Assembly: GCA_964016885.1 (NCBI GenBank)
Contig: OZ024740.1
Span: forward strand, 262,818,001 to 262,882,000
DNA length: 64,000 nucleotides
Source of the DNA: Eledone cirrhosa
Taxonomy: Eukaryota
Direction of reading: 5' to 3'
The notes beneath the pieces were generated by a model. It was not told the origin of the DNA. It saw nothing but the letters and a program-made list of their open reading frames with translations, and ran no database searches. The position numbers were made by a program, and so were the translations under genes. Of this stretch, positions 11,020 to 24,900 are shown piece by piece (the first letter of the stretch is position 1; each line of letters starts with the position of its first letter).

Positions 11020-12345
11020 TTGACAATGGATAGATTTTGAGACAAGTGTTTTGGCAAGACTAACAGTTGTAGTTTAATTTGTTGGAGTTCTGACTGCTGG
11101 TTTTGACTGGTAGTAGTTGGGGGAGAGGAGGAGGAGAGGGAGAAGGAGGAGGAGAAGAAGAATTGGTGAGGGGGAGAAGAAGAAGGAGATAGGGGATAGA
11201 TGTGGTAGCAATTTGTTTTGGTGATAGTTAAAAAATGGTGGGATTGGTTTGAATGGTTGTATGACCCCAGAGTTGACCGGGGAGGTAATTGTTTCTAATA
11301 ATATCTATCTTGGTATTCCTGTCTGAAAAACTGTCATTCTTAAATTGTTTTATCTTAGAAATAATCAACGTTGACTTTATAATTTTGCTTCAAAATAGAT
11401 TCAGAATTACTGAAATAGTAATTATATCTTCAGCACCAACTCTCTGATTCAGGGAAATGGAGAAAAGGGATTTCATCGATTCTATTACGGGAAAGCAACC
11501 AACTAACTAGGTCCGTGAAGGATGAAAAAGAAGGGTGAAATTGGCGGGATTCAAAGCTAAAACGTACCGGGCCGTCCATATTGTAAAGCATTTAGGTTGA
11601 CACCTATTTATCCGATTATCTTCGTGAAAGTCCTCAAGGACTAGCTGATTTGGGTGTTTCTATGTGGTTGCTTGCTCTGCATTTTATAGTTGCCAAACGT
11701 TGCAGGAATCTTGGAGAGGGATACATTGCCAAAGGATTAATTTACTTAGGGTGTTAATTTTAAAGTGCGCCAGCTTTAGTTTAGTCCGAAGTGGATGCAT
11801 TTAGAAGGGGTTCGTATTTGGCAATAAAGTGTGATTCCTTGCTACTGCGCTGGATATAGGAAGCGTTGTCTTTAAATATGTATATGGGAAAACATTCTGA
11901 AATCGGGTTGATCATTAGATGCGCAGGTCGCAAAGTGTTCACTCAGTGCTATCTTTCTGTATTCCCGTATTTTAATTTGGGATCTATGGACGGTCATGCG
12001 TTGGTGAAGGCTGTTTTTAGTTTGTCCTATGTTATGCTCTCGACAACCTGAGCAGGTCAACACATAAATAATATTTTCTGATGCGCATGTGTGATTGTAT
12101 TTAACTGTAAAGTGTTGTCCTTGTTTGAGTGGAACTGCGATCCATCTGCTGGGTCTTCCGCATAATTTTCCGTTCATTGTGGGGGTCAGCTGGACTTTGG
12201 CCTGCGTAAGGATGTTATTCATTGATTTGGGTTGGTTTTTTTTGCTCTTTATAAGGAAAAACATCCTTACACAGGCCAAAGTCCAGCCGACCTTCACAAT
12301 GAATCCTACAGTAAGAAAATGCGGAAGACCCAACTGTGTACATAT
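11020..12345 (-). mobile_element. Penelope-like (Neptune-type) 3' fragment: GIY-YIG domain and 3' region
   Basis: ORF 11872..12333 has CGRP...TCASENIIYVLTCSGCREHNIGQTKNSLHQRMTVHRS; an inverted, diverged duplicate sits at 12255..12345. Confidence 0.75.
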
Positions 12346-12397
12346 ATATCGTGTGTGCTAATTCATAATCATTTATACATACACATATATATGAAAA

Positions 12398-12477
<80 letters not shown>

Positions 12478-12652
12478 TATATATGTGTATGTATACGTGA
12501 TTATGAATTACCACACACGTCAACGAGAACGGAAAATGACACGTACATAACACCACATCGTCAGCAAAATATTGAATATTGGGATCACCCAACCACAGCA
12601 CATAACATAGGGCAGTGACCCTAAATACACACTTAATAACACCCAAATTCAT

Positions 12653-12684
<32 letters not shown>

Positions 12685-13157
12685 TAATCTTTCTGCCTCT
12701 CTCACACCACTATAAATATATATAATATACTCCTTTATGTATACATACATTCACAACATGTATATGTGCGTGTGTATGTATATATATATATGTGTGTGTG
12801 TCTGTATATGTATGTGTGTGTGTGTGTAGTATGTAGTAGGAATGTTAAATATTATACTGTTAAACTAGTAACAGTTACCATATTTCTCCAAACGTAAGGC
12901 TTCCTGCCTCAGGCTAATATTATGCTTATAGCAAACTTTCATGCCGTTGGCAATAATGTTGCTTCTAGCTAGGAAACAAAATGTCTCTGACTACTATTAT
13001 GAGATTGTAATATCGACTTTCACAATACTATATATAACACTGCACGGAAAATTGATCTGTTACCGTCTCTCTAATGATTTTTGTAAGCAAAATATTTTGC
13101 TATAGATATAACACTTTGTTATGCAAATATAAGTTATATATATATATGTATATACAC

Positions 13158-15537
13158 TAGGCATATTCATAAAGAACACTTTTGTTAAAAAAATAAATGA
13201 GCATGCCATTTTCAGATGAACTTTTACTAGAAAATACTTGTGAGCCTGTTAAAAAATATTAGAATTTAAAAAAAATCTTGCACAAGGTAGATTCTTTAAC
13301 ATTGATTAACTAATATAGAATTTTCATATACAATATACGTGTGTATGTAATAGAAATATAGTGTGCAATTTAACAGTTTATAAAATGTAGTATTCTTCTT
13401 CAAATTGTTTAATGGATCAACTTTATTGCTTGTTCTTCACTTATTTGTCAGTTTAATCTGCTCATAAAATTCATAAAATACATAAATAGAATAAATTAAA
13501 ATTTGCGAGGTATATTTATTAATATATTTTAATATTTATAATTATATTGTATTAATATTATACATTTCAGATGTATAAAAATCCAGTTGCTAAAGAGGAA
13601 AGTAAAAAGATTTGGGCACAAAATATTTGTCATTTTGAGAAGAGAAAGAAATCTAGGAAAACGAAAATTCAAAGTTCATTAATCGAATTATACAAGCTAC
13701 CTACTGAACAACAGATCGTTGATAGATATATCACTCTTGCTGCTGAAGAGAAAAATACCCCAAAAAGAATTAAGATAATTACTGGAGAATGTGAAAGTTT
13801 ATGGGTAAAGTTCAGCTTTCCAACTATCAACAAACTTTCAATACCTCGAAAAATTGAAAAAATAATTAAAAAAAAGGAAAAAGAATTGAAAAGACCTGGC
13901 TCTGCGAATTTCAATAATCTGTTTGACATTACAAAAAGATATGGGATATGTTTAGCAGCCGAATATTTGTCATTTTATGAAAAGCAAGTTGAGAGTTGTG
14001 GAAAAATGTGGGTATACTACAATGAAAATAGACAGTGAAAAGAAAATCCATCCTTCTAAGAGAATTAAAAACAAAGAACAAGAACTAGATAAGTCACCCT
14101 GCTCATACATTCATCTGGACTCAAATGAAAGTTACAGTGACACCGATACAAATGCCAGCGATTACAAACCTTCACCTTCACCAGAAAAAATAAATGAAAA
14201 AGAGAAAACACAGTTCATACTGTTAACCTAGTAAGAAATACTAAATTACCTAGTAGAAAAGCAGCAGCAGTTTGCAACGAATTTAAAAGTGGTGGTATTA
14301 AGGTGAGCACTCCGAGTCAGTCAGCAGTGCACAAAGCAGTTATCAGAGAAGGTGAGAAACTCATGGAAAAGTGGAAAAATGAACTCAAAAGGGAAAAATG
14401 GAGCCTTCATGTTGATGGAAAACGAATGAGAGACGTAGAATATCAGTTTGTAGTGATAAAAAATGATGAGAAAGAAATACGCCTGAGGCCGATGGCATTA
14501 ACCGATGGAAAGGCTCTTACTATATTTAATGGATTGAAAGAAGTTATTGACAAATATGAACTGTGGGAATATATCGTGATGATAGTCTCCGACACAACTA
14601 GTGTCAATACCGGCAAAAAGGCAGGAGTTGTTGCCATGCTCAATAGTGAGTTCGCGCGTCGCGGTTACAGCAAGCCATTATATGTTGGATGCCAGCACCA
14701 CATTTTAGACCGTGCATTGAAAGTTTATTTTGATCAACTATATAGTAGTAAAACAACTTCGCCATATATCAATTATTACTTTGTTGAGGCCATTTTAAAG
14801 AACTATGACGAACTGAAGCAGAACTTTTCAAATGGAACGACGGAAATTAATGAAACCCCGACGCGCTGGAGAAGTGACATGGATTTCCTTCAGCATCTCA
14901 TGATAGCCGTGCAACATTTCTTTGAAAAGGGTGCGTTTCCTAAAATACATTTTAAGAAATTACCTAATTTGTATAATGCTCGTTGGAATAGACGAGCAAT
15001 TTATTTGTTGCTTGGGTTTATTTTGATGACTGATGAACGATCGAAGCTGCGCGCTGGTGCCGAATACATCTGCGGAATGTCGGGAAAATGTGGTTCTCAA
15101 GTCAACTGTATAGAGCTGATAGCAAGCAGAAACTCATTGACCAACTAATTAAAGCCAAGTTTGAAAAGGCTGCAAACACCGTCAGAAAACGTTGGTCAAA
15201 AAGCTGTAAAAATTGGTAAAAAAAGCTGTAAAAATTGGTAAAAAAAGCTGTAAAAGTTGTGCAGGACCTTTTGCCATTTTGTAAAAGTAGTAGAACCTTA
15301 GAGATTACATTTTGTTTAACTAATAATTAAAACAAATTTTTTATTGTCATAATTTATTGTTTTAGGTATTTATTTTATAGGACTGGCTAATTACCAAAAA
15401 ATTAAAAATATAATTTAGAATGTGCACGAATGTTTTTCAAAATTTACAAAAAAAACTACTGAAATTCTTTCTTTATGACAAAAACCTCATTAGAAAATAG
15501 CATGCTCATATGGGGTTGTAAAAAGGTCATATGCCTA
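13158..15537 (+). mobile_element. hAT-superfamily DNA transposon (hATm-like)
   Basis: TIR TAGGCATAT/ATATGCCTA; subterminal inverted atgagcatgcYattttc; perfect 8-bp TSD ATATACAC at 13150..13157 and 15538..15545. Confidence 0.9.
13571..15148 (+). pseudogene. Frameshifted hAT-like transposase
   Basis: HVDGK, SDTTSVNTG, GCQHHIL (CxxH) and NARW motifs in 14303..15148; upstream pieces 13571..14038 and 13977..14231. Confidence 0.85.
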
Positions 15538-15653
15538 ATATACACACTTGAAATTCAAAATCTGTTATATTTTCTAAGACTTGAATGTAAATTTTATTTA
15601 TGATTTAAACACACGCACATATATATATATGTATGAACGTGTGTATGTTCGCC

Positions 15654-15713
<60 letters not shown>

Positions 15714-15899
15714 TACATATATCACTAATTTTCTTTTTTATAGCATCTATATAACCCAAGGCAAGTCATGACGCAGACATCTTGGAGCCTCTTAAACAGT
15801 TTTAATCTTTCTTCTTTCTTTGCAGAGCTCGGAGTATAACGGGCACCGATGAATATGAATATTTTTAAATGTCACATGTCATCGACGTTAAAGAGCTTG

Positions 15900-16870
15900 A
15901 TAGTCAGTGTCTACTCACAACACCTACTTGTTTATGCACGGTGTGACTTTCATCCTACAGAAACTGCTACTCCCGAAAGACTCTGGACTACACCAAGAGA
16001 CTGTTCACAGTCTCTTGGTGTAGTCCTTAGATTTACAAAACGAAAGCTCTGAGATTTGTTCAATAATTGCACAGTTCTGCTGGTGGAGCTACATCAGGTA
16101 TGTCATGTTCACCAGAACTATGTGAAGGTCAATATCTCGTTTATAAAGAAGCGCACAAGTCTGGCAGATATCGAAGACCACCCTGCTTAGAATGAGTGAT
16201 CAGTGGTGTATATACATGGCAGCGGCTCATGTATGATATAAAGGCGTTCTACGACGGTTGTAGTGCTATCTATGAGGCATCATCCAAGGTATTAGAACAA
16301 TATATACCATTGACGGCCAAATATTTATCAAGGACCGAAAAATTAAATGTCATTATGAGTTTCTCATTTCAAATGCATCCTAAGCACAATCTGAGAAGAT
16401 GCCATTCCTCCAGCTTCAGAAGAATTTCTTCATTGGGGAAATAAGCATCATTGACCCCCACCCCAACTAACTTTCAACTCATGATCCATCCACCTGAGAT
16501 TCAACGGGAAAGCAACTATTGCAAACGGTATCTCTTTTGAGATGTACATATCAGGCGCGAATATATTGCTGCACACCTTAATCTACTGCGTACCTCCACC
16601 TCGGACAGCAATGCATTTCCTGATGATTCTTGATGATTCCCGACGTGCGACTATAGTCATTCTCTATAAGAAGATGGGGAAGCCGTGTTACTGAGTATTC
16701 TTACCAGCCATCTCTCATTAATCCACAGACAACATATCTCCTTAGTGTCAGCGTGGCATTTAAGCATTGTGAACTCATCGGACATAGGTGCTTTCTCATT
16801 ATTGTCGAAGAAAAGTGTAAGAGGCAAAATTCGGACAAATACAAGATGTTCCTGGATCACTACAAGCCTT
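15900..16870 (-). pseudogene. Highly decayed LINE AP-endonuclease fragment (L2/CR1 group)
   Basis: Minus-strand remnants resemble xETWL (NERWL), YxPP (AYFP), GDFN (TFN), TLD and SDH (TDHS) in the correct order. Confidence 0.4.
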
Positions 16871-16899
16871 CAGATCTGTTGAAATACAACGTGCCACGT

Positions 16900-19800
16900 T
16901 TAGCTACCCTGGGGAAATTATTATGATCCTTCACTTTTTCAGCCTGTAGGCGCATGTTAAGAGTAGGGCCATTGCCACGGGCCATCCTCGTAACAATCAT
17001 CCACTTTTTAGAAAATGTTCTGGGGAACAGCATTTCTCTCTGTTAACACTCATCTTCCTTTCGAAGTTGAACTTGAAAAAGTTGACAAGGGCTTTGCCGA
17101 CGAGGTAAGTCTTTAGACCTTTCAGTCGCATCCACCACACAACCTATTTCACTACAGCTATCAGAGAGAAGAATGCTGCGTGCTCTTCTCAGTCAAAAGA
17201 AGGCAGTGGAGCGATCTTCCCTATGGACTCGGTCGACAACCGGATCCGTCCCACACGCGATGACAGCTGTTCGACATAACACTATAAGTCAGCAATACAC
17301 GGGCACTACACAAATGCGTGCAAAACGGTTTTGTCGCTCCACGTGCATCTCGGACAGTTCCCTCTTACAGCACAACCCTGCCTATTGAGTTCATCTCGAA
17401 CCGGCAGGGATTTCCAGTAGCACTGCCAAACGTGGGATTTCTGGAAGTTATCCATAGTTCCCGGCACGAAAGTCCTCCTGAAAATACTGATTAGTTCTCG
17501 TCGACGCCAAGAATCTATTCGAGAGCGTCTTCGCACTCACCCAGCACTAATCCTATATAGAACTCTAGAGTGGAAGATCCACTGAACGCATTGTTTGCCT
17601 GGTAGAGGACAGGGAGCGCATGGCAACATTCCAGATGCCAGGCACCCAGTCTTAGTGTCTTCTTGACCCAGGACTGCAGCTCAGTCAAAGAGACGAGCTG
17701 CGGAAATGCCAGTGTAACAAACAACGACCACACCTGTTCCTCGCTTAGGGAGAATATCTGGCGATGCCCCAGCCTCAATGCATGTCTGGACAACATTAGT
17801 CATGGCATGCCCAATTTTGTGGAATGCCCACGTGTGCAAAGCACGATGGTCAAGCGGTAGTAGAGGAGAGACGCGATGTACGCAATCGTCACCTCCACGC
17901 GTCGTTTCAGGGAAAGCTTCCTCTTGCTACTTTTCTGGGTGAGAGTGGCTACACTGATTATCACCTAGTCCCAATTCTTATCCACCTGGACATCGGGTCC
18001 GAAACAAACTCCGAACAACTTTACCGGTTTGTCCGTCCAGCGCCCGACGAGGCTGTTGGGCGGCATGGATTTGCCTTTCCAGGTTCCGTGCTGCAAGCTC
18101 ACCGACTTTTCCGGGTTTAGTATCACTCCCATGAACTTTTCATATTTCTCCATGATGGTGCCGACCATCTTGATTTCCTAGGTGTTCCAGTACATCACGT
18201 TGATGTCATCTGCCTCTGCCGACACAAACCTTCTGCGTCCCGGTTCGAGCAGGATGTCCTGCAACAGCTCGAGCTTCCGCAATAAAGTCTCGAGAGTAAA
18301 AAATGCATACAGCAGGGAGGAGAGTGGGCACCCTTGACGGACCGGTCGGGAGACCTGAAACCGTTCCGAAAGGTGGCCATTAACTTTGATCATCTAGCAG
18401 ATGCCGTTGTACATTGCAGCAATCCAGCCTTTGAAGACGGGGCCGAAGCCAGCTGCCTTTAAGTCAGCCTCCAGGTACCGATGGTCGAACCTATCGAATG
18501 CTTTCGATTGATTTAAATTGCTCAGAGCTCTACCAACGCAAGGTTTACACCCTACGCTCTCTATGATATATCACATGAGGTGGAGGTTGTCGTGTATAGA
18601 TCTGGTCAGGATTACTCAGGTTTGCGCCTCCCCTACCAAATCCTCAGGGTGAAGCGCCAACATCTGCGCTAACAATTTGACGAAAATCTTCAACTCTGTG
18701 TTTAGAAGAGTTATGGGCCTGAAATGATCTAACGTATCCCTCTTGTTCTCGTCTTCCCTCATCAGCGTCACTACTCTGCGGCTCACATAACTGACAATAT
18801 TTTCGTTTTACTTCCAGTTGCAGTAGAGCGCTTCGAGGAGATCGGAGAACAAGTTTGGACTGTCTACGTAAAGTTCGTACGGTAGACCATCCAATCCGGC
18901 TGACTTGCCCCTCGTGGAGCCGACTAGGCAATCCCGAATTTCGGCCAAAGTTATCGGCCTTTGGCAGGGCCCAACATCGGCCGTCGAGAGATGCGGTAGG
19001 CCTTCGAGGTAGGGACTATAGAGTGCCACTGTTGCCGAAAGGCCTCCAACATTAGGCTGGAATCGTTCAGCTGGCATTCGTCTCAGTCCGTCAATGACTG
19101 AATTGTGGTTTTATTACCACGCTGCGTCTACGCCCCTCGGGCTCATCGAATAGCTTTTGTTCTTTCGTTACTCACATCACGCACCTTAGCTTTGACAATG
19201 CATCATTCGTGTTTCGCATTAAAGAAATGGTCTGGTGCTAGCACGTTGGTTGCAATACCACTCCTAATCACTACCTCTTTACAGAATACTTTAGATTCTA
19301 CTCTAATCATCTCTTGAGAGAGCCCCAGCACCTGTTGTTAAAGATTGCATCTGACAACTGCTGCTTAAGTAATTTGATAATCCGGTTTGTAGGCTTTACG
19401 CGTCAAGAACTATGCATTAAGCTTCCATTAAACGGGTCTCTGTCTACGTATTCTATCTAGATCAAACATACATATCAGAAACTTATGTTCTGAATAGGCA
19501 ACCGTAATTAATTGTGGACACCCTCTACTATCATTATCAACTAACATAATTCGAAACATTTCTAAGTAGGATCTAGATGTGCCTAAAGAGTTTGTCCTTG
19601 TCCACAATGGCGCATTCAGGAAATCTAGTCGGTACCTCTCAGAAATTTGAAACTGGTTGATCAGGTTTTTAGGTTTTTGCACCTCCCACTTCTATGGGCT
19701 ACTTCCACACAGCCCCAGCGTAGCGTCAAAGATGCCGTTCCATTCCCCCGCTAACACTAAAGGGTGAGGTTTTCCTAGAAAGACTTCCAAACGCCTAAAG

Positions 19801-21728
19801 AAATATGGCCGTCCTGCCACAGTCGAGGCGTAGACAGCCACTAGTCTAAAAGCATCACCGTCCCTCTTGTTCACATCTAGGACCACCAGCTTACCGTCCG
19901 GGTCCAGGAAGGCCACCCGTACTTCGAAATCCAGGCCTTTCCTAAACAGGACTGCAACACAAACTCCCATTTCAGGTCGACTAGTGCGTGCGTGTCAGTA
20001 ATCCTTGACTGTCATATCCACGGATAGTGACCTGAGCTCATTGAGCAAGAGACATTGCTTCCAGGCCGACTCCATTTCAGGAACATTTATGCATGCTACT
20101 ATTAACATAGCCTTGTTGGTCAGTAAAAAAAGGAGAAAAAGGAATATTAGTTACCTCCAGGGTGCAATTGGAGATCGGGTGGTTCGATCTCCATTTCTGG
20201 TTGATGAGGTTCATCTGGGGACCCCTTTAACAAACTACTTGAGCCTTTTAGGCTGTGTGTTTCCATATCGTTGAGGAAGCTCTACTTAATGGTTTAGTAG
20301 ATGTCTATTGGCATCCCCATCAAAAGTGTATGTGTATCTTTGAAGTTGCATGTGCTGGATGCCTCCTTCCTCTCTCTATTTCCTTCCTTGGTATTACGAG
20401 GGCCATTATGTTTTCGTTGGTTCTTCTTACTAACACGAAGTTAGGTTTTTTTTCTGGTTGTGAGTTGTTGCTGAGTATGTTTTTGTTTCATTGGTTGTGT
20501 TAGTAGTTGTGTTGTTGGTGGAGATGGTGTTTGTGTTGTTGCTGGGGTGGGTGTTGTAGTATATGTGCCTGTTCTTGGAGCGAGTGTGTGTTCTCTTTTT
20601 GCTGTTGCTTGTGTTGGTGTTTGAGATTTCTTCTTGTGTTTCCCTTTTGTTATTTAGATTTTGGGGGATCCTCATCAGCCTCGCTCACTGATGAAAAGGT
20701 TGCTCTGTTTATGCCGGATGTGAGTGGGAGTGTGTGTATGGGTATGTGGGTTTCAATGTGTGTGTCTGTGTGTTCGAGAGGGGCTGAGTGCGAGAGCTTC
20801 TTTTGTGGGGAACCCTGCGTAGTTTTGGTGGTCCTTCGAGTTGTTGTTGTTGTAAGTGGTGATGGTTCTGTAGCTGTCCCCGGTGGTGTTCTTGGTTTTG
20901 TTGGTGCCGTCGCTGGTGCTGCTGTTGCAGTTTTTGGTGTTGGTTCTTTTGTTGTTGGCTGTTGTAATTGTTGTTTCTGTTGAACTCTGGTGTTGGCAGT
21001 TGTTCTGCAGTGGCGGTGCCGTTGTTTTCTGTAAATCAGAAATGCAACATGATGCCACAATACCTCGTGTCCATTTCCTCTTGTTCGATGTCTGGCATCA
21101 AGTCCATCAAAGCTGACTCCACGTCAAATCGTAGGACTAGCTCTATTTTTTCTGGACTTGATGCTTACACATCTATAAATAACGGTGTATCTTTCGATAT
21201 CTGCCAACACTTCTGGAGGCACATTTATGTGTGCTGTAATTTTTTGAAAGTTAATGAGTTTAATAACCTCTGCTTATCTAGTTTTTTTTCTATGTCCATG
21301 TTACAATATATTGTATTTTTGCTGTCGTTGCTGCTGCTGTTGCTGCCGCCATTCTTATTCTTGTTGCCACTGGTGCTGTCACACCTCTCGCCGTTGCCGC
21401 TGCTGCTGCTTTTGCTGGTGACGGTGGTGGTGGTGATGGTGACATTGTTGTGGTTTCTAGTCGGACCGCCGTCCGAATCGCTTTCGTGATGCACTTTTTT
21501 TCGAGAATTTTCTTGTCTTGTCAGTAGTTGTTAGGAGGGTGTAACATACCCCCTCCCCTCCACTCACAAAAAAAAGTAATCATAGCACAATATAAGAATT
21601 TAAAGCTCATATGTTTTGTCCCAAGGCTAAAATATTCTGGGGACTCCCTTTCTAACAAACATTTAAATAAAAAACCAATATGAATCGATGTACACAAACA
21701 AATCTTACGGAGCGTAAACGGCAACAGC
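16900..21728 (-). mobile_element. Near full-length decayed Tx1-like LINE
   Basis: ORF1 pieces 21494..20170; APE (LVAVYA, LAGEWN); RT (GLDGLPYELY, VRQGCPLS, AEADD); C-terminal CPRC. 5' end abuts (AAT)n. Confidence 0.9.
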
Positions 21729-21921
21729 AATAATAATAATAATAGTTTCTACTTTTGGCACAAGGTCAGCAATAACCCAGTACATTACTGGTACTTTATT
21801 TTATCGACCCCGTAAGGATGAAAGGCAAAGTTAACCACGGCCTAATTTGAACTCAGAACGTAAAGGGGCGTAACTATTTGCTGCAAAGCATGGCGCCCAA
21901 CCCTCTACCCATGCTACCAAT
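21729..21921 (-). mobile_element. tRNA-derived SINE
   Basis: Same family as 3672. Confidence 0.9.
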
Positions 21922-21931
21922 GATAATAATA

Positions 21932-24900
21932 ATGCTTTCTTTATTAACCACAAGGGTTTCCATAAATTAGACATTAAGGACAGTACAGGACAATACAGGA
22001 CGGTACAAATGGGCATTTCTGCGTGTAAAAAAAAAAAGCAGAGGATGAAACAAAAAAATAACAATGAAAAGTTCCTCAAAAGGGGGGAGACTTCTGAGGG
22101 ACATTTGTGGAGAAAGCTCATTAAAAGAACACAGTGACCCTGACCAGCAGGGCAAGTGCCCTCTCCCAGTTTTCCACCTTTAATTTACAGACACATACTC
22201 AGAGGAGGCCTAATCACTCGAGCCATTCTTGACTCTCTCACCCATCTTTCAACAAAATGCTGGGAAGAGAGCACTTCCCCCTCTACCCTGATTTTCCTTT
22301 TCAAATGAAATTTGAAAAAGTTATACAGGGCATCACCGAAGAGGTAAGTGCTCGTCTTCAGCCCTTTCAAACGTGTCCACCATACTATCTCTTTCACCAT
22401 GGCCACCAGACAGATAAAAACTGCCTGCCCTTCCCGGCTAAAGGAAGAGGGCGGGGCAATCCTCAAGATGGACTCAGTTGATAGACGGATCCGTTCTACA
22501 CGTGACAGCAGGTGTTCGACATAAACACACAAGTCAGCAATGCTCGGACACTGGAAGAGTGCGTGCAGGACGGTTTCGTCGCCCTGCGCGCATCTCGGAC
22601 AAGCCCGGCTGACGGCACCTCCATGCCTGTAGAGGTTTTCCCGAACTGGCAAAGTTCCTCGGTAGCATTGCCAGGCCAGGGATTTCTGGAAGTTGTCCAT
22701 AGGCCCTGGCCCGAAAGTTCTTCCGAAGAGATTGGCTAGTTGATTTGCGTCGACGCCTAGAATTTACGTCGTCGCACTTCCCTTCCACTAATCCTGTATA
22801 GAACGCCAAGTTGGAGTTTCCACCGATCACATTGCCCGATTGGTCGAGGGCTGTGAGCGCCTGAAGAGATTCCAGTCTCCAAGCGCTCTCTCTCGGTCTT
22901 CGCTTGACCCCGGACTGCAGCTCCGTCAAGGAGACGAGCTAGGGAAAGACGCGTCTAGCAAACGGCGACCACACCTGATTACTGTCGAGGAAGAGGTGGA
23001 AATTTTGTAGCCTGATCGCGTGTCTGCGCATCATCAGCAACGGCATGCCCAGCCCTCCACGTAGCGTGTGTTGACAGCAGATGGACCGCCTGACCATCGG
23101 AGCGCGTCCCTTCCACAAAAAGCGAAAGAGCAAACGCTCCAGCGTAGTCATGCGGAGCTTAGGAAAGGCGGTAGTAGAGGACGGACGCGATGTACGCGTT
23201 AGCCACCTCCGCTCGACCTTTCAGGGATAGCTTCCTCCCCGTCCATTTGTGGGTGAGAGAAGCCACCCTGCACGTCACCTCGTCCCAGTTTTTGTCCGTC
23301 TGGAGGTCCGGACCGAACTAGAAACCTAGCAATTTAACCGGTCCGCAATTTAACTGACTTTTCCTGGTTGATCATTGCTCTTGTCACCGTTTCGTATTCT
23401 CTTAGTGTAGTGCCGATCGCCTCGATGTGTTTGGCGTTCGACACCACGACGGTGACATCGTCTGCATATGCTGACACAGATCTTCCGCATCCTAATTCGC
23501 GCGGGACGCCCCTCAACGTCTCCAATTTGTGCAGTAATGGCTCAAGAGTCAATAGGTACAAGAGGGACGAGAGGGGACATCCTTGGCGGACCGAGCGCAT
23601 GATGTTGAACGGTTCCGAAAGTTAAACGTTCACTCTCACCACAGAGCAGATGTCGCTGTGCATGGCAGCGATCCAGCCTCTGAAGACGGGCCCAAAGCCA
23701 GCCGCCCTCAGGACTGCCGCTAGGTAACGATGGTCGACCCTATCGAAAGCTTTCAACTGACCTAAATTGATCAAGGACCCATCCATACCAGGTTCCCTAG
23801 CTACCCTCTCTACGATGTATCGCATGAGGTGGAGGTTGTCGTGCATGGATATGTCGGGAATGGCGCATGTCTGCGCCTCTCCCACCAGACCACCAACGAC
23901 AAGCACTAACCTCTTTGCTAGCACCTTGGCCCAAATCTTGAACTTTGTGTTTAGCAGAGTTATGGGCCTGAAATTATCTATGTTATCCCCCTTGTTCGGA
24001 TCCTTTCTCAGCAGTTGCACTGCTCCTAGGCTCACAGAGCTGGGAATTTTGCCGTTCTGTTGCCAGTTGCAGTAGACGTCCGTCAAGAGGCCTCCCAACA
24101 AGTCTGGCATCTGTACGTAAAGTTCATAGGGCAGACCATCCAAACCAGGCGATTTAACGCTTGTGCAGCCAGTCATTGCCTCCCTTACTTCAGCGGCTGT
24201 TATCGGCTTTTCGCAACACTCCGCCTCAGTGGCCGAGAGCCGCGGCAGTCCGTCGAGGTAGACACTAAAATACATCCCTCGACCCGGCCCACCGCTTCCC
24301 CCGAACAGCTGAGCGAAGTGTGGCTGAAAGCTTCACACATTTGCCCGGGATCGAGTAGCATGCGCCCGTCGTGGTCCACCAAAGACCGAATCGTGGCTTT
24401 GTTACCACGACGCGCCTCCGCCACTCGGGCCCATTGAACGGCTTTCGTCCCCTCGTGTCTGAGAGCACGCACCCTAGCTCTGACAACGCAGCCTTCGTGC
24501 TTTGCATTGAAGAATTGGTCAAGGGCCAATTTCGCGGCAAGCACGTCGGTCGCGATGCCTTTGCTAAGCGCCTCGTGTAATTTTTTAACTAGTTCTCCCG
24601 CTGCTCTATTTTTCTCTATTGCTAAAGCCTTACTAAACCTAATGGATTCTATTGTAATTGCTCTTTTCAGAGCAAACCACCACTTGTTGTTGACGATGGC
24701 CCCCGTCAACGCCCGCTAATCCGGTCTCTGTAGGCCTTGGACGCTTGTAAGAACGCGTTTAGCTTCCAGTAGCCGGGTCCTCATCTATGAAGCGTATCTA
24801 AGTCAAGCACACAGATCACGAATTTGTGGTCCGTGTAGCTGACTATCTTGAATTGTGGACACCCTACGCTAGACCTATCTATTTCCCTACAAAATACTCT

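Noticed and set aside
11296-11426. SECIS element within the long HHR insert
   Set aside because: No AUGA/GA quartet with a properly spaced AA loop, and no supported in-frame Sec codon.
15199-15255. Short direct repeats as a CRISPR-like array
   Set aside because: A simple tandem duplication without spacers, in eukaryotic DNA.
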